A stretch of 64,000 nt of DNA. Source: Eledone cirrhosa. Taxonomy: Eukaryota. The notes beneath the pieces were generated by a model. That model worked only from the letters and a program-made list of their open reading frames with translations, was not told the origin of the DNA and did no database searches. Every line of letters begins with the position of its first letter. The first letter of the stretch is position 1. The stretch is taken from the NCBI GenBank assembly GCA_964016885.1, contig OZ024740.1:133672001-133736000 (forward strand). The letters run 5' to 3'. The position numbers and the translations under genes were made by a program. This document shows positions 1 through 13,450 of the stretch, piece by piece.

Positions 1-318
1 TGTCGGTGTTTTTGCAATTAACTAGGTGTGTCTTAAATGAGGACGCGTTAGTATTGAGGTATTCTTTTATTCTTATGTGGAGTGGTCTGGTGGTGCTACC
101 GACGTAGAGGTTGTTGCATTTGTCACACTCTAGTTTATATACGACGTAAGCCTGGTGGAAAAGGTCTGTGTCGTTGATGGGGCAGTTGGCTAGCCTGCAG
201 CGGTTGTCATGTCTGGTGGAGTGTCTTTTGGTTAGCTGTCCGCGTAGAGAAGGACCTGAGTGGGCCAGTTGGATATCTAGTATCTCTCGTCTGATAGCTC
301 TGCGGATGGCTGTTGTTG
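1..318 (-). mobile_element. Penelope-like element fragment, GIY-YIG endonuclease region (continues beyond window start)
   Basis: Manual minus-strand translation gives ...CRLANCPINDTDLFHQAYVVYKLECDKCNNLYVGSTTRPLHIRIKEYL..., a PLE GIY-YIG with preceding Cys linker. It is cut off at a (TA)n run and resembles the ORF at 9699-9884. Confidence 0.85.
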
Positions 319-345
319 TATATATATATATATATATGTATAAAT

Positions 346-1305
346 TAAAGACGTAAAATAAGAAAATTATAAAAATTAACTTACTTACTAAAATTTCACT
401 CCAACTAATTAGTTTCTGAAAGGGAATAAACATGGTTTCCGAATGGAACACATGGAGAAGGTCTTTCGTCATCAGGGAAGTCTATTCTCAGCTAAGTTCC
501 CAGGCAATGCGTGGACACAGGGAACTTATACAAAAATAATTCAATGGATGGAAAAAAGCAAAGCGTGGACTAAGTTCCAAGACATTGAAAAAATCACTGC
601 CTACTTGGTCGGTGGCAAATTCAAAAGAATCAATCACGTGACATCGAGGTTAATCAGTGAGGAGTGGGGTGTTAAGAAGACAGTAGCCTGACTATTACTA
701 TGAACTATAGTAGCAGTTTTGGCAAATTTTTGCACAACAAAATAATTTGGAGATAATTATAAAGAATTAGTATATCTACCAACATATATATACAGATGCA
801 TACCTATGCTAGGAAATATATAGGTTTTGTCTTAGTAACTTTGTGGTTCAATGCAAGGGGATGCAGAACAATTATATGAAAGACGTAAAATAAGAAAATT
901 ATAAAAATTAACTTACTAAACTAAATTTTCACTCCAACTAATTAGTTTCTGAAAGGGATTAAACATGGTTTCCGAATGGAACACATGGAGAAGGCCTTTC
1001 GTCATCAGGGAAGTCTATTCTCAGCTAAGTTCCTAGGCAATGCGTGGACACAGGGAACTTATACAAAAATAATTCAGTGGATGGAAAAAAGCAAAGCGTG
1101 GACTAAGTTCCAAGACATTGAAAAAATCACTGCCTACCTGGTCGGTGGCAAACTCAAAAGAATCAATCACGTGACATCGAGGGTAATCAGTGAGGAGTGG
1201 GGTGTTAAGAAGAGAGTAGCCGAACTATTACTATGAACTATAATAGCAGTTTTGGCAAATGTTTGCTCAACAAAATAATTTGGAGTTAATTATAAATAAT
1301 TAGTA
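346..1305. repeat. Direct tandem duplication, 533-bp period (~1.8 copies), flanked by (TA)n
   Basis: AAAGACGTAAAATAAGAAAATT starts at ~346 and ~879. The near-identical ORFs 443-691 and 976-1236 are offset by 533 bp. Confidence 0.92.
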
Positions 1306-1328
1306 TATAATTAGTATATAATTCTTTA

Positions 1329-1391
<63 letters not shown>

Positions 1392-1392
<1 letters not shown>

Positions 1393-1512
1393 GTAATAAA
1401 TACATAGAACATTGTATACACACGGGCGTGTGCGCACGCGTATGCACATGGCGAAACATGTGCACTAACTTCATATATATATATATACATATATATATGT
1501 ATATATATATGT

Positions 1513-1544
<32 letters not shown>

Positions 1545-1668
1545 TATATATATATACATATATATATATGTATATATATATATATATGAAGTTAGTGCAC
1601 ATGTTTCGCCATGTGCATACCCGTGCGCACACGCCCGTGTGTATACAATGTTCTATGTATTTATTACA
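1392..1668. repeat. Inverted repeat, ~80-bp arms around a (TA)n spacer
   Basis: 1392-1472 is the near-perfect reverse complement of 1587-1668. Each arm contains an internal hairpin TGCACATG-GCGAAA-CATGTGCA. Confidence 0.9.
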
Positions 1669-2264
1669 AGTATTTAGTTGGTTGTTACAAATCTTATCGA
1701 AATTTATAACTATACAGAAGGATTACACATTCTATATATGAACTGCGTTTATATAATATTTAAGTCCGGTATATATTATATTATGCGAAAAATATCATCC
1801 CAATTCCTTCTCTCAATTTTTCTTCTCAACGCGTGTCATATATGTGTTCGCTCTAAACACTCTCAAATGACAGTCTATCCCTTTAAATTCGGTGGATAAT
1901 ATATTCCTAAACATATCTATAAAATACGGGTTATTTAGAACTGGAATTCATTTATCATAGATCTGTTTGACTACGTTTTCCTTATGACTTAACTAGAAAA
2001 CCTTCTACTCTTTGTAATAAAAGATAGCCATATGCTATCATCTTAAAAACTGTTACCATGGATAATGTAGACAGAGATGCTCGATTCCTGAAGAAATAAA
2101 TGGGAAAGCTATGGCATCAATGGTATTCTAGGTCTAAGCATACACGAGGCCAAACTATAACAAAGAAGGGGCTATTTGTTTGTGTAAACCTGTATAATAT
2201 ATCTAGATCAGGTTTAGGTATTGGGGGCCCGGAGCAGTTCAGGTTTGGTGAGACACTCATAAAC

Positions 2265-2422
<158 letters not shown>

Positions 2423-2478
2423 AAATAATTAAGTCAAATATGTAATATTTGGCTTCGTTTATTATAAATTATAGATAT

Positions 2479-2533
2479 ACTGCTATATATATTTCGGTGA
2501 CAGACATCATTGGCTGTGACCTCTTCAGGGAGT
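2479..2533 (-). ncRNA. Minimal type I hammerhead ribozyme (inverted copy)
   Basis: Reverse complement reads ACTCC-CTGAAGA-GGTCACAGCCAATGATGTCTGTCACC-GAAA-TATATA-TA-GCAGT, with one stem I mismatch. Confidence 0.75.
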
Positions 2534-2604
2534 TCGAATTGGTGTGGTAGGGACAGGTACACACTTCAACAACATGTGTACCTGTCTCTACCACATCAAT
2601 TCGG

Positions 2605-2659
2605 ACTGCCTGAAGAGGCCATAGCCAATGATGGCTGTCACCGAAATATATATAGCAGT
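2605..2659 (+). ncRNA. Minimal type I hammerhead ribozyme
   Basis: ACTGC-CTGAAGA-[GG..AGCCA ATGA TGGCT..CC]-GAAA-TATATA-TA-GCAGT. Stem I is ACTGC/GCAGT, stem III is palindromic, and cleavage is predicted after 2654. Confidence 0.85.
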
Positions 2660-4890
2660 ATATTTATAATTTATAATAAACGAAGCCAAATTTTACATAT
2701 TTGACTTAATTATTTTACATTACTCCGGAATATACAAACCAACTTGCGTACTTCGTCGAGTGTTCCAATCTGGATACTGAGGTGTTGGTAAACAACCAAC
2801 ATGTACTCAAAATTTATATATATATATGCGTGGGTGTGTGTATTTATGTATATATACACGCATAGGCAGGAAGAGAAAAGAAGTGTCACTTTTCGGAGAA
2901 ATGGAATCTGTTTGATGTGGAGAGCCCATGGCATTCACCCCACCACCCCTTCTAGATCCGGACCTATAATATATCAGAATAAGATAAAGATGGTAATAGC
3001 CGAGTTGTCTTATATCTTACGTCGGAACACTCAGAGCTGAACTGGTCATAAACAACAACCACTGCTTTTTGACAGTTACCATGATAGCATGAGAAATATA
3101 TTTGCCAGAATATCATTTGTTCTCATATTTATTTGAAAGCCGAAAATAGATGTTTGTGAAGTTTATACGATAACGCAAGTACAACAATTTTAAGTGGTTG
3201 GTGTAACTGGTGTAAAATATCTACAAGCCCAAATCGAATCTTGTCTCTCAAATACGCAAGTTGGAATGACATATTGGATATTGTGTCAGACTTTAGGAAA
3301 ATATATAACTTATGAAATAAAGATAACGTTTAAATTAAAAGTTAATTATTTTCTATTGTCTAAATCTTATTAAAAGTTATGTTTTATTGGAACTTTCGCT
3401 TTATTAGAACTTATTGTTTCGGAATAATTAAATATATCTGTCGCAATTTAACGAAATCATTTTTATATTTTTTATGTTACACAATTGGAAATTGAAGTTT
3501 AGAGAATTATCTTTGAATTGAGTTGAAAATGTAAAAAATATGTTATGCTATTTGAATATAGGTTTCTAACATGTTATGTAAAATACAAATAGTATGTTAT
3601 TAGAGAACTGAGAATATGTACTGAATATTTGTACACGTTTTATCACGTGTATTGGTCCAATCAGACGTTTTAGCCATTTCAAAATTAGTAGTCTATGGAT
3701 GCTACTTTGGTCAATAAAAGACAAGTATTTGCAGTTTCTTATCTGATAAGGCTTTTGATACAGCCAATTCTGATCTTTGGCTTGAAGGCAACGTTTAATG
3801 TCCAAAAATTAAATTGCGTTTTTCTTTGACGGACATCCACACGCTACATATTACTTAAATCACTAGTATTATAGGATAAAAACATTGGCATCACATCAGT
3901 GCATCCCATTTTTCCTCGCGTAATATGTGATACACCTCATGGGCTGAAGCAAACATAATGAATATTTATTGCGTAATCTAGCTTAGCAATTTAGATCAGT
4001 AAAAGAAATCATACCGTTTCCAAATAATACATTCAAAATGTATAAATACTAAATTATCAAATATTTCAACATAATCATTAAAAAACCGAAGGGGGTGTAA
4101 TCATCCAATCTTTCGAGCTGTTAGATATAATAACTAATGTCCCTTCAATCACAAGCTAGTGTCTTTAAAAACGAAATGTGCGTGACTTTGTGTTTGAATA
4201 AAAGATGACATAGCTGGAATGCTTTCATCATATAACTACCCGGAGAAGCTGAGATTGGGCTAAACAGTAAAGATAGCACAGATAAAAAAAATATATATTT
4301 TATTACGTGTTTCAGTGTATATGGTAGAGGTGAACCACGATCTCGTATAATACGATTGCAATTCTGTTTTGTAATTATTTCTCTTCACAGAAGCAGCAAT
4401 TATATAGTATTTAATATATCATCGTATAAGATTTAAACACAGGCTCGTTGAATGAACCGACTGCCAGCAACCGTAAACCAAAAGATTCCTGTTGAATCGT
4501 GTGTGTGAGACAGTTTTGATTCTTGGTTAGCTAATCCGAGCCTATAGTATTTATGTGTATATACCGGTACATACATTGTCATACAGGAAAAATACTACTA
4601 ATGAATCTAGTTATGGGTTTGTGATAATGTATTGTAGTTATCGAATCATTTAACATAAATGTCAAAGAAATATGATCTCATTTTTACCTTGACACCAATA
4701 TCTTCTTTGAGTTAGATTCGATCTATTTTCAAATCAAAAACTTTATTTGAAAAGTTTTCTTTGTGTAATTGCAGTTCATGCGGAACTTGTTGTATCCGTT
4801 GATGCCATTATTGTTGTGTTGTTTGCCACTTATCTTTGGAAATATTATAATTGGCTGGTTCAGAGGTATATGACATTTTTCACTCTGCCG

Positions 4891-5026
4891 AGAAGAAGAA
4901 GGAGACGAAGAAGAAGAAGAAGAAGAAGAAGAAGAAGAAGAAGAAGAAGAAGAAGAAGAAGAAGAAGAAGAAGAAGAAGAAGAAGAAGAAGAAGAAGAAG
5001 AAGAAGAAGAAGAAGAAGAAGAAGAA
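4891..5026. repeat. (AAG)n microsatellite
   Basis: Read directly; it explains the poly-R/K/F ORFs. Confidence 0.98.
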
Positions 5027-6519
5027 TATGGTGGAGGAGGAGTAAGATTCTACTAAAGAAAACGGAAAATTCAGAATGAAAAAAAACGACGTTAAGATAT
5101 AGGGGTTATTCAAATGCGTCCTTTGTTAGTATATTTGGTTCTCACACGACAAACTGTTTGTATCGATTTGAGTCAAAGCCAATACAATTTAATTATGTAA
5201 CTTCAGGCTAGTCACACATAGATTCCAATTTAGGGATTCCGATAGAGACTTTCTAGAAATCCAATTATACAATTTATTTCTACGCCCCAAATGATGTTAT
5301 TTACAGAATGTTTAGAAGGTATTCATTCAATGCTCATTTGTCATGCTTCTAATCAGAGAATAGTTTAAGAATAGTTGCAAAGCTATGTTCGTAAAAATAG
5401 TGTAGAGTAAACATTTTGAAAAAAAGAGCATCACCAGGGACATTAGTTAAGAGAGGTTAAATTGTCGCTTAGGTAAATCAGACTAAAGGTGCCAATTAGT
5501 ATATTAAATAAGTAAGTTCCAACCAGTTTTCGTTTTCAGAAGACGTTTCATTATTGATTAAATTAGCCGAAAATTGCTTCAGTGCATATTTTTTATATAT
5601 CTAATACAATTTTATATAATAACTAAATAAAAATAGCTGGAAAATAAGATAAGCTTTCATTTTGATGTTTATAAAACTTTCACATTTATAACAATTCACG
5701 CCCAGATATATAAGTATGCTGCTACATAGTTAAATCGTTGAATAAATACATAGGTGACCTCTTGACCAATCGTATAAAGAGTCACATGGACTGGATGATA
5801 GAAATACCGACAAGCTCAGGCTTACAGATATATTGTTGGTTTGCTGTTATGGATCTCACATACCCATATTTAACTGGCTTCCTATGAGGTCCCATCGCCT
5901 ACCAGATCCCTTGAGTACTTTAATGAAAGGATTTACACCTATCATTCGATCAATAATTTCGACGGCTGAGAACAACTGATTTCTACAGGGCCATCATGGC
6001 TTCCAGTCGTCCGCAAGTTGTCGCTATCTGTTGAGTAAACGTATGTAATAAACGGTACAACATTTGAATAAATACATTCTATATTAGAATTTAATTGTAG
6101 CGTTGGATATATCACTAGTAACTGAATGTTATCTATGTACACACGGCTGTTTTTATTATTCTTATACTCGGAATATATATATTCTCATATACAAACTTTT
6201 CTATTCTATTTGCCTTTTGCAGTGTAAATTTTGTGTTGCCCTTACAGTTACGTTTCTTCCCTGTCTTTGTACATCAACATCATTTCTAAATTTTGAAATG
6301 TAGTTTTTGGTGGGTAGGGGGTAGATTTGGGTCAGCAACACCTCACTCACTATCACCATTGTTATTCTCATCATAGTTGCATTACTTGCACTGACATGTG
6401 GATGACAAAATCGATAGTACAGCGGATAGAATGCTTTATTTGTTTGTTTCTTGAAATATCTGGTCTAATGCCAATGCTAGAAATTATTATCAGTGTCAAT
6501 AATTGGTGAGACAGGAGGA

Positions 6520-6700
6520 TGTATTACGTCTCAGTATCAGTTTCGTCATTTTACATTTTCTGAGTTTAAATTTCGCCGGAGTTGACTTTGCCTTCAATCC
6601 CGGCAGCTTGCATGGGAATTTGTATTGGGCATATGGATTCAATCGATTGCATGTATTCCGTGTGATTTATTGGCCTAACGCTAATGTAAGAACTACTTCT
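6520..6700 (+). mobile_element. Old degenerate copy of the tRNA-derived SINE
   Basis: TTCTGAGTTTAAATTTCGCCGGAGTTGACTTTGCCTTCAATCC matches the B-box/core of better copies such as 41790-41830. Confidence 0.6.
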
Positions 6701-7735
6701 TATTAAGATTATTGACTTTAATTTGCTGAAGACTATTATCATGATAGTAGACAGAAAAAAGGATACACCACTAGCAAAATATGATAACCTCAATACTTTC
6801 CTTTAAATTCAAATCTGGTTAAAACAGTCTATAGATCTATGCTCTCTGCAACAGAAGCAATCTAAATATGAGTTCTGTTTACTAACGTCGAAACAATCCT
6901 GTCATATTACAGTACTTTACAAAATTACTATGGAGCTTTGGAAATTGTCTTCATTACACTTACTTGTGATTTCTAGATTGCTGTAGATTTAGCCAAACCA
7001 ATAAAATATCGGAGCGTTTGAAGAGGATATATGTTCTGAATTTAGATATTATTAAAGTCGAATTCCTCTCTTGACTAGGAGTGAATATATTTGGTTCTTA
7101 CATTTTCAATAATTTATAGCAGGAACCCAATATAATCCTCTGCCAATATGATATGAGAATATATGGGCAATCTTTTAGAATCTCTATCGTACTTAACGTC
7201 CTAAAATGAAGATGCCAATTTGCTTTCCAAAATGTATAGGACCAATATACGTATAACGAAACAAATCAATCCATATTAATATACTATACTATATGTGGGT
7301 TTTATTCTAAAGTAATTATTACATAGTTCATATTTGAAGTGGTAAACTGTACAATATTGTACATTTACAAAATTATACAATGTATACATCTGCTTACTAT
7401 AAGATACAGACATAAAATATTAAGTAGCTGTACAATATAACGTAAGATGAGAAAATAAAGGATCTCTTACACACATAGAAATTCGAATACATTCTGCTCA
7501 AAATGTCAATGTCGTAAAACACGGAGAAGCACAATGTAGCTTTAGATACATGTTGCTTGAACATGAAAAAAGAAATTCTCGAACCTTCAACATAAATAAT
7601 TTTGTTTCATAAGGGTAAAATGTTCAATATTATGAATCAATATTATAAATTATGTATATTTGTAACACTATACACGTGCAACACTGCTCACACATGCACA
7701 CACATACACACACACATTTATATAAATATATATAG

Positions 7736-7810
7736 TAATAATAATAAATGTGAAGACTAAAATCCAAAGTTAAGGGTGAAAGCAGCGATTCTTTGCTTAA
7801 ACTTCAATCT
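7736..7810. repeat. Rearranged fragment of the PLE terminal repeat seen at 61440-61610 (two pieces in opposite orientation)
   Basis: TAAGGGTGAAAGCAGCGATTCTTTGCTTAAACTT matches ~61468-61501. The preceding AATAATAAATGTGAAGACTAAAATCCAAAG is the reverse complement of ~61575-61607. Confidence 0.75.
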
Positions 7811-8066
7811 TTTTTCTTTCTCTCCGTCTTTTTCTAATTGTCCTTAACACTAAGACTTATTAAAATAATATAAACAATTCACTATCCAGATGGCTTCCAA
7901 AAATAATGGTTGCATTTTAAAAGGGTACGTCAAAGCTTATTTGTAAAACTGTTATATATTGTATTTTGTCTGATGAAGGCATACCATGATTTAATTTGGT
8001 ATCCCTGAAATATGTATAATGAAATAAATATGGTTTTATAAATATAGTTTCCATTTATTAATATCG

Positions 8067-8098
<32 letters not shown>

Positions 8099-8103
8099 GG
8101 GGT

Positions 8104-8142
<39 letters not shown>

Positions 8143-8148
8143 AGGGGT

Positions 8149-8210
<62 letters not shown>

Positions 8211-8806
8211 AGTATAGAACAACTTTACAACATACATGAACAAATTTTGCAGAAAGTAAATGTAAAGCACTGCGTGCTATGAGATAAACTGTGTCAAGGA
8301 AAATGACATTTTTTATTTAATTCATTTCAACAATTATAACGCTAAACATTCTTAAAACATTGTCCTTCCCTAAAATCTAGAGTTCTGTTACGCTTCATAT
8401 CAAGTAACAGTCGATATTTTATATGATTTTAAAATGTCAGTGTCTATTTCTTTCTGAGGATTAAAAAATATCTTTATATTCCTTTGTGACATATTTTGTC
8501 ATTCGTCCATTGAAAAACGCAAATTGAAATTTGGAGGTGACTAATTGAATGTTATTTGAAATGACAGCTTAATCTTAATTCATTTTATCATTTAGTTTAA
8601 AGTACAAAGTTGTAAAAAAGCCTTCTCTAATTTCAGGTTGAAAAATAAACTATAATTTTATGTATATTTTGACTCTTTCTAAATTTATTGATTTTTGTTT
8701 TAACGTCCAGTTTGATACTGAACTTGACATAACAAACTTGTAGAAAATATTTCACAAAAAAACCCTACCTTCATATCTCCTTCCTTATCTCAATTCAATC
8801 TCAATT

Positions 8807-8856
<50 letters not shown>

Positions 8857-9539
8857 CTATATATCTATCTTTCTCTCTCTCTCTATCTATCTATCTATCT
8901 TTCTCTCTCTCCCTTTCCCTCTCTCCCACTCTCTTTATTTATTTCCCCCCCCACCCCACTATCTCTCTCTCAAATTTACTATCTGTGTTTTTTTTCAATT
9001 ATATATAGTAATGCAGTCATTTGTTTATACACACAGAGACACACAGACACACAAACACACACACACAGGCATATATATATATGCAGATAAGTAGATAAAA
9101 ATATAGATACACGAATGCATATGCTGTAACAGGGTCCGTAGGAAGGAAATATATATGCACACATATATATAGATATATATATATATATGTGGGGGGGTGC
9201 GGGGGGGGGGGGGTGCGGGGGGGGGGAGAGTGAGAGTAGTGCAGTTAATACGAAGCATTGTGAAATATGTTGTAAAGGACCGATAACATTTTAAAAGTTA
9301 CAATGTGATAGAAATTACGAACGGCAAATGGTGGTAAATAAAACAAACAAAAGAAAGTAATGTTTTACCCAGTGTATTATGGCATGATATTGCAAACCTA
9401 TTGTCCTCCTTTCAGATGTGGAGGTGAACAATCTGAAATAAAAGAAACGAATGAGTTGAGCTTTCTTCTGTACTGATCATATGTGTTTGAAAAATGTATG
9501 CGCATGCGAGGGGTTGCTATAGTAAACATTCCACTTCGT

Positions 9540-11340
9540 ATCTTTCTGACTAAATATTTATTTCTAGCTTTAATCGATTAATGGTTTCTTTAATGATTAA
9601 ACGTCCCGCATTTCTTTACTCGCTTCTATGGTGACCTCAATGTCTTCGTTGTAGCATCTGTCAAGATGTTTTTAGACAGAAGAGGCTACCATTGTCCCCT
9701 ATTGCTTGATCCGTATGTGGAGTCTCCTTATAGTACTCCTTATAGTACTTCCGAAGCATTTATTGCACGTAAGTTTATAAACTACATATGCTCTCATGTA
9801 CACTTCTGCGTTGTTGATGGAACAATTAAGAAGTGTGCATATATCGCTGTATGTAGGTTGGTCTCTGTGAAGCAGACTCCTCAAAGAAGCTCCCGAATAT
9901 GCCGGCCGTATATTCAGCCCTTCCCTACGGATGGCTTGTCTGGTGCCAGCTGACGTCTTCTCATTGGAATGTGGCAGCTATAGGTAGAAAATGTTATACT
10001 TAAGGGCACGTGTCCTCCTTGTTTTTTTACGTGCTAGTGCCTTGGCATTTCGATGTGTGATGAAAGAAGTAGGGTAGCCGTTTTCGGTGAGAACTCTTTG
10101 GAATTCCAACGTGCTTATGTCTGTCGCTACTCTCACTGCATCTGTTTCGTATACCGGCTATTTTGGTCTGTAGAGGGTGAGTAGTCGTGGTGTATGAAAA
10201 TGTCTCTGCAGGCATCCTTCGTGTATAATTTGCTGTATATGGTACTCTCCTCTGTGACTCTTTGTGTAAAGTCGAGTAGAGAGAGGGATCCAGTGGTGCC
10301 TGGATGTTCAACCTCAAATTTATGTGTGTGTCAATATTTTCCAAGATGTAGATCTTGACGGCTTCTTTAAGTGATAAAGTGAGCATAAGGATGACATCTA
10401 CGCACCTAGAGAGAAGGAGCAAGAGCGGCAGGTGTTGAATGTTGTGTGCTCCAACTGGTCCAAGTCGTGATCGCTAGCAGGCCTGAGAGACTTGCTCCCA
10501 TCGGACGTGCTCAAACTGAAAAAAAGGTGTTGTACATGATGATAGAGGGCAGTTCGCAGGTGTTAGCAGCAGTGAGTACAAAACAATTGATGAGGGTACA
10601 GGCGACGATGTTGTCCGTAATTAAGGCAATGGCAAGGAGGCCGGGACAGAGGTCTAGAGGGGAAACTACGTCTAAACTAAAAGGGTATATATTCCGTCCA
10701 AATTAGGTGAGGTCAATTTCTTTTACTCTGTTGACTACTTCTTGTGATCTCTCTACGTGTCTGGGTAAAGTGTGAGGGAGAGGTTTGAGAAGTGTGGAAA
10801 GAATCCAAGGAATGTTATAGATTGGACCGTTATATGCCAGAAATGATGGGTCTAATCTTTAAGTTGGGTCCTGTTTTATGAGTTTTGATGAAATGGTAGA
10901 AGATATGGAGCTTACAGTTTCTGCTGATGAAGATGCATTTGGCAGTATCAGTAGAGGGCCGGACGCCATGCTTTGACTCATAGAGTTACGGCCCTTTATG
11001 ATTTGAGTTCAAATCCCGCCGATGTTAACTTTACCTTTCATCCTTACGGGTCGATAAAATAGAGTACCAGTAATACACTGAAATAATTGCTAGCCTTGTG
11101 CCAAAAATAGAAACAATGATATACTACTAGGGAAGCTTTGGTGGTTACATATATTAGTCCAGCGGGTGTTAGTGCTGGTCTCTATTTGGCTAGTGTGATT
11201 TATTGCCAACATTACTGTATGGGGTTGTGTTTTGAGGTGTTCCAGTTCTAGTTGTTTGTAAATGTTCAGCTCAAGGACAAAGAATTATCTCCATTTGTCT
11301 GAAGTGAGTGCTTTATGACTGCTTAAACGGATTATCTTTG
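9540..11340 (-). mobile_element. Decayed Penelope-like element (RT + GIY-YIG), interrupted by a SINE
   Basis: Minus-strand remnants FYHFIKTHKTGPNLKIRPIISG (~10900-10835) and AYVVYKLTCNKC..STIRRLHIRIK (9699-9800). Many stops and frameshifts. Confidence 0.75.
10941..11120 (+). mobile_element. tRNA-derived SINE inserted in the PLE
   Basis: GGCAGTATCAGTAGAG... head, B-box-like GAGTTCAAATCCC, core TTTCATCCTTACGGGTCGATAAAATA, tail GTGCCAAAAATAGAAACAAT. Confidence 0.85.
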
Positions 11341-11656
11341 CAGAGGTACAACGCAACCTTCACGGATATACACTGTAATTATGTGCATATTTATATATAG
11401 GAAAACCAAAGGAATGTTATAGATTTACGAACCTTAGAATAAAAATAGATGTTTTAGATCCCTAAAAGCCTTTGGTTTTCCTTTAAATACAAATCCGGTG
11501 ATGCCGGATATTCCTAATAATCTTTCGAATCTTACCTCCCAGATATTATGTTGCATGTGTTTGATCTGCATGATTAATAATCATAAAAACACATTGAGCA
11601 TCCCAGCATCTTGTTTATTCAAAACTAAATGGATATCTTCATTTTAAATATATATA

Positions 11657-11910
11657 TTGTTATACTTCGGATTGTCATGTTGCCTATATAATCACACGCA
11701 CCAGTGAATTATATTACATTTATTATTATAGTTTTCCGTCAGGTAATAAACGTATGTTTGATTGTTGTTGACTATCAGAGCCTTTCCGTCACGCATTCTG
11801 TGACTTCTTCAGTGAGACTAATGTTGTTACTTTGTTCTGTTTTACCCCATCTTGTCTCTATAACATACCTTTTCACATAAAAAGTCTTGCAAAACAATAC
11901 AAAACCGGTG
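11657..11910 (-). mobile_element. PLE terminal-repeat-like fragment with a degenerate hammerhead (11773-11817)
   Basis: Homologous to 56615-56850. Reverse complement reads TCTCA-CTGAAGA-AGTCAC AGAATGC GTGACG-GAAA-GGC-TC-TGATA. Confidence 0.6.
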
Positions 11911-11914
11911 CATA

Positions 11915-11949
<35 letters not shown>

Positions 11950-12318
11950 GTGTGTGTGTGTATGTGTGTGGGGGGGGGGTGCAGCGAGAGGATGCGTAGG
12001 TAAGAAAAATGAAATAGTTAATTCATTATGAGTTATGCACTTGAAATATATATCACGCTACCTTAGGTTTCCAGGCTAACGATGGAATGCATCTATAGGC
12101 TGTAAAAGCAAGGTTTAGAATGCATTTGCAGACCTGTCTTCAGACGAGGAAACAAATTGTCTGAATAAGACGTTGGGGTGAGATATCGTGTGAAAAAGGA
12201 GCGTGAACAGGAAAGTATTTTAGTTATTTAATCAAGGGGGGCGGACTCTATGATTTCTTAAAACTAATTGTTTATGAGGTGCGGAAAATTAATAATGAAA
12301 TATCACACCATATTGCAT

Positions 12319-12338
12319 ATGTGTGTGTGTGTGTGTGT

Positions 12339-12425
<87 letters not shown>

Positions 12426-12428
12426 TGC
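12319..12428. repeat. (GT)n microsatellite
   Basis: Read directly from sequence. Confidence 0.98.
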
Positions 12429-13043
12429 GCGCGCGCACGCGAGTACATATACACATATTTATATATAAATATATTAACACATTTATACCCCTATCATTTT
12501 TATGGCCAAGATAACTCAGTAATGTGACAAACGTCTTAAATGAAAACAAACTAATGAAACAACAGAGCATTTATGAACAGTAACGTAATAATAAAAAGAA
12601 AGGCAAATACTTCATTTACGACAAATGATAAATATCGGTTGTTAGTAACAAATTATTTGTAGTTGACGGTGTATGCATGATAAACTTCTCGCTAGGTTAT
12701 CTACAGCTTGAGTTGATTACATAAATCTAATGAACTCTTTACAAGGTTATCTTCTTAAGATTAAGTGATTTATTTTGAGAGAAAAATTGCCTCTGTTCTC
12801 TGCGAACATTTTCAGAGTACATTGTACCTCCAAATTAGAACAACTTATATTTACTATATACATTGTACCTCCAAATTAGAACAACTTTATATTGCTATAG
12901 TGTGTGAAAACATACATATCTGATATTTCAAGATAAGTGTAATATACGACACGCATTATATTGCGAAGACACATGTATAGTTGTGATTATCAGATAAATG
13001 TGTCTGTAATTCAAAATCCCACCCATGCCATATAATTCGACAC

Positions 13044-13243
13044 NNNNNNNNNNNNNNNNNNNNNNNNNNNNNNNNNNNNNNNNNNNNNNNNNNNNNNNNN
13101 NNNNNNNNNNNNNNNNNNNNNNNNNNNNNNNNNNNNNNNNNNNNNNNNNNNNNNNNNNNNNNNNNNNNNNNNNNNNNNNNNNNNNNNNNNNNNNNNNNNN
13201 NNNNNNNNNNNNNNNNNNNNNNNNNNNNNNNNNNNNNNNNNNN
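13044..13243. other. Assembly gap (200 N)
   Basis: Run of n. Confidence 1.
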
Positions 13244-13450
13244 AGTCTGTGTTGCGTTGTTGGTCATAGGGAAAGACAAACACAGACACAAACACACAAC
13301 CCAAAAACTCCGCATTCATTTCGCTCGTTCGCACGTTACGATTTAGTTAGAAAGTAGGAGGTTGGTGTGAGTGAGAGACGTTCAGTAGTATTTTCTTCTC
13401 TATATATGATGGGATGGACATACAGACAACGCTCTTATATAAAGAATAGA
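13244..13450 (-). mobile_element. Possible 5' end of a non-autonomous Helitron
   Basis: The minus strand begins A|TCTATTCTTTATATAAGAGCGTTGTCTGTATGTCC, resembling Helitron 5'-TC termini followed by a TGTC-type microsatellite. The other end is not identified (gap). Confidence 0.35.

Noticed and set aside
443-1236. Two near-identical 82/86-aa ORFs as a duplicated gene
   Set aside because: They lie inside a recent tandem repeat, have no recognisable domain, and their similarity follows from the duplication.
2076-2118. CTGAAGA...GAAAGCTA as a hammerhead
   Set aside because: No stem II and no adjacent stem I pairing.
3566-3805. 79-aa minus-strand ORF in unique AT-rich DNA
   Set aside because: No motif or splice support; a length expected by chance.
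10922-10930. CTGATGA motif
   Set aside because: It lies in antisense PLE coding sequence with no HHR stems.
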